A DNA stretch of 41,958 nucleotides from an uncultured archaeon (GCA_964640865.1 CAZXIU010000002.1:1-41958), one strand, 5' to 3'. Positions 8,331 through 15,706 are shown, counted from the stretch's first letter. Made by a program: numbers and translations. The notes: generated from the sequence alone by a model not told the origin.

Positions 8331-9580
8331 TGTTTATGGAGTTAAAGTTTCTCGGTGGATGCCAGGAAGTCGGAAAATCATCGATTTTTGTGAACACAGG
8401 AAAAGAAAAATTCGTAATGGACCACGGCATAGAGGTGCAGGAAGGGCACAGCCCGATTCAGCCACCCATGGATCTCAGCGGTGTTTTCATAACGCATGCG
8501 CATCTTGACCATTCAGGGTTTGTTCCAGGGCTTTACAGCAGAGGATACAGGGGAAGGACGTTCGCCACGCCTGCGACCTTTGACATCTCACATATGCTTC
8601 TTGAGGACTCACTAAAGGTTCAGAAAAAGAGAGGAATGACACAGGGCTTCACAAGCCAGGACATACGGACCATGGGGAGAAACGAAAAAATAATGGCTTT
8701 CAATGACCCCCAGGAAATTGGTTCCAGCACAGTGGAACTGCTGTCAGCAGGTCATATTCCCGGTGCGTCAATGGTGAAGATTGAAAGCCGCGCAGGAAGC
8801 ATTCTGTACACAGGTGATGTGAAATTCATATCAACTGACTTCATGTTTGGCGCAGATTCGGATGTTGGACATGTACAGACACTCATTTCAGAATCCACAT
8901 ATTCATACAAGAATCATCCGGACAGGGATGAACTGAAGAAGAAGCTGCTTGAGATTATAGAGGACACATGCCACAATGGCGGAATAACGATTCTTCCTGC
9001 ATTCGCTGTCGGAAGGACGCAGGAGATACTCATGATGCTGAAGGACATACAGTTCCCGATATATGTCGACGGCATGGGCATACGCGCAACCCACAGGATG
9101 CTCTCGCATCCAAAATCATTCCGCAATCCCGGCATGCTTCGGGAAGCCATAGAAAGGGCCCACTGCATAAGGAAGCAGCCTGAGAGAAAGGAGGCTGTCA
9201 GCGGTCCTGCTGTCATAATAACAACAGCAGGTATGCTCCAGGGAGGCCCTGTCAGTTTCTACATAAGCCAGCTCGCTAAAAGAAAGGACTGCTCAATGGT
9301 GCTGACAGGATATCAGGTCGAAGGAACAGCAGGACGTACACTCATGGATACAGGCATATATGATAACGGGGAGATGACAGCAAATCCGGAATTTCCGATA
9401 CATTTCCTGGACTTCAGCGCTCACACAGACAGGGATCATCTGATTGAATTCTATAAGAAAGTTAACCCGGAAAAGCTCGTGCTTGTCCATGGAGACAGGA
9501 CACCTGAATTCGCTGAAGAGCTCAGGGGAATGGGATTCGACGCAATTGCCCCCAAGAACGGCGACTCCCTCAAAACGTGA
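8327..9580 (+). CDS. Metallo-beta-lactamase / beta-CASP ribonuclease (aCPSF2-like, no KH domains)
   Basis: MBL motif THAHLDHSG, N-terminal LGGCQEVGKSS, about 415 aa, and a C-terminal HGD motif. Confidence 0.75.
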   Translation: MMFMELKFLGGCQEVGKSSIFVNTGKEKFVMDHGIEVQEGHSPIQPPMDLSGVFITHAHLDHSGFVPGLYSRGYRGRTFATPATFDISHMLLEDSLKVQKKRGMTQGFTSQDIRTMGRNEKIMAFNDPQEIGSSTVELLSAGHIPGASMVKIESRAGSILYTGDVKFISTDFMFGADSDVGHVQTLISESTYSYKNHPDRDELKKKLLEIIEDTCHNGGITILPAFAVGRTQEILMMLKDIQFPIYVDGMGIRATHRMLSHPKSFRNPGMLREAIERAHCIRKQPERKEAVSGPAVIITTAGMLQGGPVSFYISQLAKRKDCSMVLTGYQVEGTAGRTLMDTGIYDNGEMTANPEFPIHFLDFSAHTDRDHLIEFYKKVNPEKLVLVHGDRTPEFAEELRGMGFDAIAPKNGDSLKT

Positions 9581-9609
9581 TTCTTTAAAACGTGAATCTG
9601 TATAATTTT

Positions 9610-10653
9610 ATGAGCAAAAACTTCGTTGAGGTCGACGGTTCCATAATGGAGGGAGGGGGGTCCATATTGAGGCTCACATCAGCGCTTTCTGTGCTTACGC
9701 AGAAGTCTGTGCGCATATTCAACATACGCTCCGGAAGGCCGCAGCCGGGGCTGAGAACGCAGCATCTGAGGGGACTTGAAGCCACTGCAGAGATGTCAGG
9801 CGGAAGACTCGAAGGAGCCAGAATCGGTTCCACGGAAGTGTTCTTCTATCCTGGAAATGATAAGAAGGATGAAATCACAGTGCCCATAGAGACTGCAGGG
9901 TCAACCGGGCTTGTTCTTCAGTCACTGCTTTTGTCATCCCTGCGCTTGAAGAAGAAACTCACAATAAACATAGACGGCGGAGCGACATTCGGAAAGTATG
10001 CCCCACCGCTTCAGTACATACAGTTTGTGCTGCTTCCTATACTCAGAAAAATGGGATATCATTCTGAAATCAACATCATCCGTCACGGATTTTTCCCAAA
10101 TGGCGGAGCTGTTGCCAAGGTGATTGTCCAGCCGCCTGAAGAGCTGAAGCCGATAAATCTCACTGAACAGGGGAAAATAGAGGCAATTGACGTTATCTCC
10201 GTAGCGTCAATGAGGCTCAAAAAGCCGAGGGTTTCCGAGCGTCAGTACAGGGAGGTCGAGCTAATGTTAAAGAAGAGGGGATACGAGCTCAACATAAAGA
10301 AGCAGTATTCGGAAAGCGCATGTCATGGTTCGGGTGTCGTCCTTGTAGGAAGAAGCGACACCGGATGCATAATAGGTGCTGACGGGCTCGGGGAAGCGGG
10401 GAAGTCAGCTGAAGAGGTTGCGGCTGAGGCTGTCAATTCATTCAACAGAACCGTAGATTCAGGAGCATGCGTTGATGAATACATGAGCGACCAGCTATTG
10501 CCATATATGGCACTGGCTAAAGGGAAGTCGTCCATAAAGGCACCTATGCTGTCAAGTCACGCACAGACCAACATTCACATTTTGGAGCAGTTCCTTCCCG
10601 TGAAGTTCAATGTTTCGGAAAAGGGAAACTGCATTCTGATAGAGACTATCTGA
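9610..10653 (+). CDS. rtcA: RNA 3'-terminal phosphate cyclase
   Basis: N-terminus VEVDGSIMEGGGSILRLTSALS and RPQPGLRTQHL are typical RtcA blocks. Start chosen at MSKNF. Confidence 0.88.
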   Translation: MSKNFVEVDGSIMEGGGSILRLTSALSVLTQKSVRIFNIRSGRPQPGLRTQHLRGLEATAEMSGGRLEGARIGSTEVFFYPGNDKKDEITVPIETAGSTGLVLQSLLLSSLRLKKKLTINIDGGATFGKYAPPLQYIQFVLLPILRKMGYHSEINIIRHGFFPNGGAVAKVIVQPPEELKPINLTEQGKIEAIDVISVASMRLKKPRVSERQYREVELMLKKRGYELNIKKQYSESACHGSGVVLVGRSDTGCIIGADGLGEAGKSAEEVAAEAVNSFNRTVDSGACVDEYMSDQLLPYMALAKGKSSIKAPMLSSHAQTNIHILEQFLPVKFNVSEKGNCILIETI

Positions 10654-11137
10654 TTAAGCGCATGGGAACACCGCCCACAGTCCTTCCGGGTTTGACGGAC
10701 TTGTTTACAAGGGAGTATGCCGCAACTGTTGCATTATCCCCGATTTCAACACCGGGAAGCACAACTGTCATTGTTCCTATTGTGACATTTTTGCCTATCT
10801 TTATGTTTCCCTTCTTCCAGCCGCCTGCTGTGAATTCGTGAGTCAGTACAGCTGTCTTGTTGCCCACAACGCTGTTGTCGCCTATCTCTATCATCTCAGG
10901 GAAGAATATATCGAAGTTCGAACCGAAGAGGCTGACATTTCTCCCTATCTTCATTCCGGTTTTCCTGTAGATGCGATTCTTCCATTCAGTATCCGGAAGG
11001 ATCTTGCATAATGTCATCAGCAGGAAGTTTCTGAGTACAATCCTCCTGCTCCGTATCTCTTTCCATTTCTTCAGCGACTTGTCGTCTCTGCTGTAACCGA
11101 AGGCTTCCGTCATCCTCTTTTTCATACTGACGTCCAT
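10646..11137 (-). CDS. Hexapeptide-repeat (left-handed beta-helix) acetyltransferase
   Basis: Repeated [LIV]-G-x4 hexapeptides (IGDNSVVG, IGKNVTIG, IGDNATVA). The 3' end overlaps the rtcA 3' end by 8 nt (convergent). Confidence 0.75.
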   Translation of the reverse strand: MDVSMKKRMTEAFGYSRDDKSLKKWKEIRSRRIVLRNFLLMTLCKILPDTEWKNRIYRKTGMKIGRNVSLFGSNFDIFFPEMIEIGDNSVVGNKTAVLTHEFTAGGWKKGNIKIGKNVTIGTMTVVLPGVEIGDNATVAAYSLVNKSVKPGRTVGGVPMRLIR

Positions 11138-11141
11138 AAAA

Positions 11142-11870
11142 TCACACTGTCATTACTTCCATTATATTCAGGTCATCGAGGCCGAAGACAAGTATGCTGC
11201 CCTTGCCGGGGTTCACTGATATTGTCTCTCCTATTATATCCTTCCAGCTTCCTGACATTCGCGGGGATTCATGTATATGTCCATGGAGCGTCAGATACGG
11301 CTGTTTCTTCTCTATGAATTCCCTCACAGCTCTGCTTCCCACATGGTCACCGCTGAAAATGATATCAAGATTTGTTCCAATTGGAGGAGCATGCATGGAG
11401 TATATTGTTTTCTTTGGATTGCTCTTCCCTGACAGACTTTCAAGATCGTCCTCTATTGAGCTTTCGGATTTTTCCCAGTCCTTGATGAGTATCGGAGCCT
11501 CGTTGACGAATGAATAGCCGGCTATGTATTTTCCTCCCAGCGGATAAACCTTCTGGTTTATAATTCTGAATGCGCCGTTTTTCTCCCCTTCTTCAAGTGT
11601 CTTCATGTTCATTTTCAGGTCATCGTTTCCCATCATTAGGAAGACATCCTTAGGGGTCTTCTTCTGGAAATCATTAAGGCGCGGAATCAGGTACGACTTT
11701 ATGAAATCCTTCTGGTAGCCCGCTATGTCTCCTATCACCGAAAGGAACGGACCTATATCCCCGCCTATGACAAGCGCTTTCACGTTCTTTCCTGCAGCGA
11801 CCTCAAGAACCTTCTCATACTGGTATATCTCCCCGTGAAGGTCAGTCGCAAAAACAATAACCTTTTCCAT
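11142..11870 (-). CDS. Calcineurin-like metallophosphoesterase
   Basis: Motifs ATDLHG, GGDIG, MGNDD and HGHIH. Confidence 0.8.
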   Translation of the reverse strand: MEKVIVFATDLHGEIYQYEKVLEVAAGKNVKALVIGGDIGPFLSVIGDIAGYQKDFIKSYLIPRLNDFQKKTPKDVFLMMGNDDLKMNMKTLEEGEKNGAFRIINQKVYPLGGKYIAGYSFVNEAPILIKDWEKSESSIEDDLESLSGKSNPKKTIYSMHAPPIGTNLDIIFSGDHVGSRAVREFIEKKQPYLTLHGHIHESPRMSGSWKDIIGETISVNPGKGSILVFGLDDLNIMEVMTV

Positions 11871-11872
11871 TC

Positions 11873-12049
11873 CTACTCCTTCTCGCCAAACCAGTCAGGA
11901 AATAATATGACTGCTGCGGAGAGAGCCACTGAAAAGACTATGGGTGGAATAAGCTTCTCATTACCGCCTATTCCCCATGACATCATCCAGACAAGCGAAG
12001 CTATTATTACAGCCACGATTATCAGCCCTGATACATTCATGTTATCCAT
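11873..12049 (-). CDS. Small two-helix membrane protein (58 aa, below the ORF-track cutoff)
   Basis: Hand translation gives MDNMNVSGLIIVAVIIASLVWMMSWGIGGNEKLIPPIVFSVALSAAVILFPDWFGEKE. The stop is 2 nt before the phosphoesterase ATG. The ORF fills an otherwise empty gap next to tRNA-Ala. Confidence 0.45.
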   Translation of the reverse strand: MDNMNVSGLIIVAVIIASLVWMMSWGIGGNEKLIPPIVFSVALSAAVILFPDWFGEKE

Positions 12050-12062
12050 TAAACCACCTTTA

Positions 12063-12174
12063 TGGACTGGGTGGGAATTTCAGACTGGAAGCAGATTGCA
12101 TCTGCTTCATGCGCCTTTTGAACCCACGGCCTCCCGATTGCCAACCGAGCGATCTACCACTGATCTACCAGCCC
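12063..12174 (-). tRNA. tRNA-Ala (GGC) with a 40-nt intron in the T-loop at 59/60 (12077-12116)
   Basis: Acceptor GGGCUGG/CCAGUCC with G3:U70 and A73. The anticodon loop UU-GGC-AA is uninterrupted. The T stem is GUGGG...CCCAC. BHB: UUCA:UGAA central helix, bulges AAA and AUU, and inner helix GGC:GUC plus a 9-bp hairpin. Confidence 0.85.
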
Positions 12175-12217
12175 GCTATGACCTTTCTTTATTTAACTAA
12201 TTTAATAATTTAACCTT

Positions 12218-12727
12218 ATGGACTGGGGGACGCTTATTGCTGCTTTCCTTGAATGGTCTAATGGATTGATAGGTGCGTTCGGCTATGTGGGCGTCTTCGT
12301 AGTCAGCATGCTATCCTCAGCATCCATATTCCTCCCCCTTCCTGGATTCCTTTTCATAATAGCTGCGGCCCCATTTCTTAATCCTCTTCTCGTCGGAATA
12401 ATCGCAGGAGCGGGCTCTGCAATTGGTGAGATGACAGGTTATGCCATCGGCAAGGGAAGCCACAAAGCACTGAAGAGAAAAGACGTGAAATGGCTAAAAC
12501 GTGGGGAGAAATGGTTTCAGGAAAAGCGCGGCTTCTTTTTCATAGTTATTTTCGCTGCAACACCCCTTCCGGATGACGTGACAGGAATACTCGGTGGCAT
12601 GTTCAGGTATGACTGGAAGAAATTTCTCTTGGCATCGTTCATAGGGAAGACACTCCTGAATCTGGTACTGGCTCTTTCAGGATTCTATGGCGTGAATTTC
12701 GTGGTGCCTATTCTCACAGGCACCTGA
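12218..12727 (+). CDS. DedA / VTT-domain family membrane protein
   Basis: Contains GAGSAIGEMTGYAIGK and ...TPLPDDVTGILGG... blocks, with about 4-5 TM segments. Confidence 0.7.
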   Translation: MDWGTLIAAFLEWSNGLIGAFGYVGVFVVSMLSSASIFLPLPGFLFIIAAAPFLNPLLVGIIAGAGSAIGEMTGYAIGKGSHKALKRKDVKWLKRGEKWFQEKRGFFFIVIFAATPLPDDVTGILGGMFRYDWKKFLLASFIGKTLLNLVLALSGFYGVNFVVPILTGT

Positions 12728-12755
12728 TTTAAATGCTCAAAAACCAATATATAAT

Positions 12756-13091
12756 ATGGGGACATCTCAAATGGAACCCTGCCCGTGTCAAGATCCGCTT
12801 CTGAAACCCAGATATCCCGTTGCCAATGAATATGGATGGGTTGATTCTAATGCAGTTCCAAACTGCTGCATGTCTTGCGTGAGTGACGAGGGCAACTGGA
12901 ATTGCGATTTCTATAGGAATCATATCTCCAATCTCATCGATGACCTCAAGCAGGAGGTCAGAGACAAGAAGAATGAAAACGTCAAAGTATCACCGGTAAA
13001 GGTATACATGATACCGGAGAGGTACAGGAACGAGATACTGAATGGGATACCAGAAGAGTACATGGAAGATATAATTTCTCTGACAGGGTGA
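12756..13091 (+). CDS. Hypothetical Cys-rich protein (111 aa)
   Basis: ORF with an N-terminal Cys cluster (CPC...CC..C...C) and a charged C-terminal half. The start codon is uncertain. Confidence 0.45.
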   Translation: MGTSQMEPCPCQDPLLKPRYPVANEYGWVDSNAVPNCCMSCVSDEGNWNCDFYRNHISNLIDDLKQEVRDKKNENVKVSPVKVYMIPERYRNEILNGIPEEYMEDIISLTG

Positions 13092-13092
13092 G

Positions 13093-13207
13093 TGGGCCGA
13101 GCAGGATTTGAACCTGCGATATCCGCCTTACTTACACCTGCCGTCGGCATGCTGCTCAACGAAAGGATGCTGTAAGGGCGGCGTCATAACCACTAGACCA
13201 CCGGCCC
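13093..13207 (-). tRNA. tRNA-Val (UAC) with a 42-nt intron at 37/38 (13129-13170)
   Basis: Acceptor GGGCCGG/UCGGCCC with A73, anticodon stem CCGCC/GGCGG, and loop CU-UAC-A...A. BHB: CUUA:UAAG central helix with bulges CAG and UAA. Confidence 0.88.
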
Positions 13208-13248
13208 GCGTAAAATTTCTTTGTTCCAGAAAATATAAAAGTATACGA

Positions 13249-13307
13249 TTTTCCGGGAGCGCTTTTGTATGTCTCAGACAGAAAAGGGTTCTTTTCCGGG
13301 AGCGCTT
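13249..13307. repeat. Two copies of TTTTCCGGGAGCGCTT (13249-13264, 13292-13307) in the tRNA-Gly/tRNA-Val spacer
   Basis: Exact 16-nt direct repeat. One substitution relative to the copies at 2992-3037. Confidence 0.8.
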
Positions 13308-13324
13308 TTTCCAAGAGAATTCTA

Positions 13325-13443
13325 TGCGACCGCCGGGATTTGAACCCGGGTCGCTGGCTTTTTTCAAGCTTTTCAACTTTTGCCTGAGCTTTTCCGAAAA
13401 GCTTATGGGAAGCCAGAGTCCTGCCAGACTAGACTACGGTCGC
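13325..13443 (-). tRNA. tRNA-Gly (CCC) with a 46-nt intron at 37/38 (13360-13405)
   Basis: Acceptor GCGACCG/CGGUCGC with A73, anticodon stem CUGGC/GCCAG, loop UU-CCC-A...A, and T arm CCGGG-UUCAAAU-CCCGG. The inner helix AAGCUUUUC:GAAAAGCUU is perfect. The central helix has one mismatch. Confidence 0.85.
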
Positions 13444-13454
13444 AGGCCAGAAAG

Positions 13455-13677
13455 CGCTGAGAGAGGGAATTTCAGAATCCTTTTGCGATTTTCCCGTAAA
13501 CGCTTCTCGTTCGTGCGCCAGCGTACTTTCCGCTTTTGCTTCTCGTTCGTGCGCCAGCGTACTTTCCGCGAACGCTTTTGTGCGTTTACTGCGCAAAAGG
13601 GTTCATTTGAACCCTCGCGAGGCGAACCTCACACGGTTAGCAACCGTGCGCCTTTAACCTAACTCGGCCATCTCAGC
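13455..13677 (-). tRNA. tRNA-Ser (GCU) with a 137-nt intron in the T-loop at 59/60 (13469-13605)
   Basis: Acceptor GCUGAGA/UCUCAGC with G73, intact anticodon arm CACGG-UUGCUAA-CCGUG, and a long variable arm (GAGG-UUCG-CCUC). The T stem GAGGG...CCCUC is split by the insertion. BHB: UUCA:UGAA central helix, bulges AAU and AUU, inner helix GAACCC:GGAUUC. Confidence 0.8.
13502..13573. repeat. Tandem direct repeat, 2 x 36 nt (32 nt identical), inside the tRNA-Ser intron
   Basis: GCTTCTCGTTCGTGCGCCAGCGTACTTTCCGC occurs at 13502-13533 and 13538-13569. Confidence 0.9.
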
Positions 13678-13802
13678 AATTCTTTTACTATTCTGGTTTT
13701 ATCCTTTAAAACCTTAAACCTCCGTTCGATTTTTAAATCCGGTTAATAAGTTTTAAAAACATCTAATCGCAATAAGAATTGAACATACCCCAGGAGGTAA
13801 CT

Positions 13803-14108
13803 ATGGCAATACAGGTTTCGAGTATATCAGATACATATGCAAAGGATGTTTTCACAGACAGAGGGTTTTTCTGCGGAAAAGTTGAGGACGTTGAGTGTGA
13901 CCTTAAGAGGTTCAAGATAAGGTCGCTTGTAATAAGGGCTATCAAGGGTTCATACCTTAGCAGGATGCTCGGCGACAAGAAGGGTGTAGTCATCCCGTTC
14001 CCAATGGTTCACGCAGTCGGCGACATAATACTGATAAAGCACATCGCACCACCCACAGCAGCAGAAGACGCAACACCACTCCCTGAAGCCCCAGAAATGG
14101 GGGACTGA
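13803..14108 (+). CDS. PRC-barrel domain protein
   Basis: Small archaeal PRC-barrel pattern (G..fG.V.D...D.....I..LvI......VIPF..V..VGD.ILI). AGGAGGT lies 6 nt upstream of the ATG at 13803. Confidence 0.65.
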   Translation: MAIQVSSISDTYAKDVFTDRGFFCGKVEDVECDLKRFKIRSLVIRAIKGSYLSRMLGDKKGVVIPFPMVHAVGDIILIKHIAPPTAAEDATPLPEAPEMGD

Positions 14109-14193
14109 ATTTTTATTAGTCCTGCGCTTGCGGGACTGCAAATCTTATTTGTTAATAATTTAATCAGTGAAAGACAAATCTCTATCATTGTGA

Positions 14194-14784
14194 TTGATTA
14201 TGCGTACTGTAAAGTTTGATGATGTCCTGAAGGATTGTTCTATCAGGAAGAGCGTTGTCAGTGACATGAGAGCCGGAAAGATATTTGTTTATCCCACGGA
14301 CACAATCTACGGCATCGGATGCAATGCCGGGAATGCGCAGTCTGTAAGCAGGGTGAGAGAGGCGAAGGGACGGGATTCAGGAACTCCATTCTCTGTGATA
14401 ACACCTTCAAAGGAATGGATAAAAAAGCATACAGGCGTTTCGGATGTCAATATGAAGCTCATAACAAGCATGCTTCCCGGACCTTACACCATGATAGTGC
14501 CTTCTGTTCATTCATCACCAAAGCCGGTTGTATCCGGTGAAAAATCAATAGGTATCAGAATGCCGAGGCATCCATTCTCAGACCTGGTGAGCGAAGCCGG
14601 GGTGCCGTTTGTAACAACATCTGTAAATGCTTCAGGAGAAATGCCAATAACAGATGTAACAGACATTCCGGAAGAAATGAAGCCTTTCATAGACTGGATT
14701 ATAGACGCTGGCAAAATCAGTGGCAGTGCTTCACGTATATTCGATATGCGCAGCAATGATATAAAAGTCGTAAAGAGGCGCTGA
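14194..14784 (+). CDS. tsaC: L-threonylcarbamoyladenylate synthase, short YrdC/TsaC form
   Basis: YPTDTIYGIGCNA motif and SVNASGE block. About 195 aa, so it lacks the extra Sua5 C-terminal domain. Confidence 0.8.
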   Translation: MIMRTVKFDDVLKDCSIRKSVVSDMRAGKIFVYPTDTIYGIGCNAGNAQSVSRVREAKGRDSGTPFSVITPSKEWIKKHTGVSDVNMKLITSMLPGPYTMIVPSVHSSPKPVVSGEKSIGIRMPRHPFSDLVSEAGVPFVTTSVNASGEMPITDVTDIPEEMKPFIDWIIDAGKISGSASRIFDMRSNDIKVVKRR

Positions 14785-14786
14785 AT

Positions 14787-15632
14787 TCACCTGTCGAGAT
14801 TTCCGGCAAACTTCTCAAGCATGATAACAGAGACGAAGCCCGTAGCACCTGAAATGATTACCAGCAATGGCGTGAATTCGTTGCTTATCACATTCTCGTA
14901 CGGCATTCTGAGCGCCCCGAGCATCAGGCCGAGGAGGAATGACATTGTGACCGGCTTGTGGTTCTTGAGGAGGTGACTCAAAACCCTGGACATTGAAAGC
15001 AGTCCCGTCACAGCACCTGCTATGAAGACAGCTATAATTGTTATCTCAATTCCGTGGAGCGCCCCGAGCATGTATTCATACTGTCCGAGGAAGAAAAGTA
15101 TGAATGCGCCTGAAATGCCAGGAAGCAGCATCGCGCATATGGCTATAATGCCTGAGAAGAATACAACAGGAAGCGAATGCGTGGATTGGACTGTCCCGAG
15201 ACCGACAAAGAGCATCGCAAAGATGAACCCTGCGGCTCCGGCGGTTATGTTCCTTGCGGAAATCTTCCCCACATACCTGTAAACAAACCCTGCTGACGCA
15301 AGTATGAGTCCGAAGAAGAATGCGTACGTGTTTGATGGCTGGGTATCCATGAAGAATTCTATCACTCCTGACAGAAGGAGGAATGATGTTATTATTCCCG
15401 CGAAGAGTGTTATCAGGAATCTCAATTCCATTTTCATGAAGCTGGCTTTCGCCTTTTTCATGTCACCTTTCAGAATATGCTTAAGAAAAGCGGGACTGAG
15501 ACTTCCAAGGGCGAATATGAACCTTTCGTATATACCTGTTATGAGAGCTATTGTGCCGCCTGACACTCCGGGGATTATGTCTGCCATGCCCATGAAGAGC
15601 CCCCGGAGGAAGATGAGTAAGCGCTCTTTCAT
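14787..15632 (-). CDS. DUF368 family membrane protein (polyprenyl-phosphate transporter family)
   Basis: GMADIIPGVSGGTIALITGIYERFI is repeated in the second half as PGISGAFILFFLGQYE. Start placed at MKERLL (15632) to leave a promoter gap; the ORF is open to 15695. Confidence 0.75.
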   Translation of the reverse strand: MKERLLIFLRGLFMGMADIIPGVSGGTIALITGIYERFIFALGSLSPAFLKHILKGDMKKAKASFMKMELRFLITLFAGIITSFLLLSGVIEFFMDTQPSNTYAFFFGLILASAGFVYRYVGKISARNITAGAAGFIFAMLFVGLGTVQSTHSLPVVFFSGIIAICAMLLPGISGAFILFFLGQYEYMLGALHGIEITIIAVFIAGAVTGLLSMSRVLSHLLKNHKPVTMSFLLGLMLGALRMPYENVISNEFTPLLVIISGATGFVSVIMLEKFAGNLDR

Positions 15633-15706
15633 AATGTTACTATTGAAGGGTTCTATTAAAACATTTAAAAGTACACCAGCAATTATAGTTGTCAAAGGCG
15701 ATAAAC

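Noticed and set aside
11835-12213. Plus-strand ORFs of 121 aa and 78 aa
   Set aside because: They cover tRNA-Ala on the opposite strand and the antisense of the 58-aa membrane-protein ORF. The tRNA assignment (G3:U70, clean cloverleaf after intron removal) is much stronger.
13502-13573. Possible CRISPR array
   Set aside because: There are only two directly adjacent repeat units with no spacers, located inside a tRNA intron, and no cas genes in the window.
13108-13662. 184-aa plus-strand ORF containing the repeated peptide FSFVRQRTFR, and the 82-aa minus-strand ORF at 13128-13376
   Set aside because: They span three tRNA genes and their spacers. The peptide repeat is just the translation of the 36-nt tandem repeat inside the tRNA-Ser intron.
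13455-13677. Split or trans-spliced tRNA-Ser, or a C/D-box sRNA encoded in the intron
   Set aside because: Both halves are collinear on the same strand 137 nt apart, with a continuous BHB, so cis-splicing suffices. The intron has a CUGA near its 3' end but no RUGAUGA C box.
12063-13677. Integrated mobile element or prophage at the tRNA cluster
   Set aside because: No integrase, no direct repeat duplicating a tRNA 3' end, and the genes between the tRNAs are ordinary small cellular genes.
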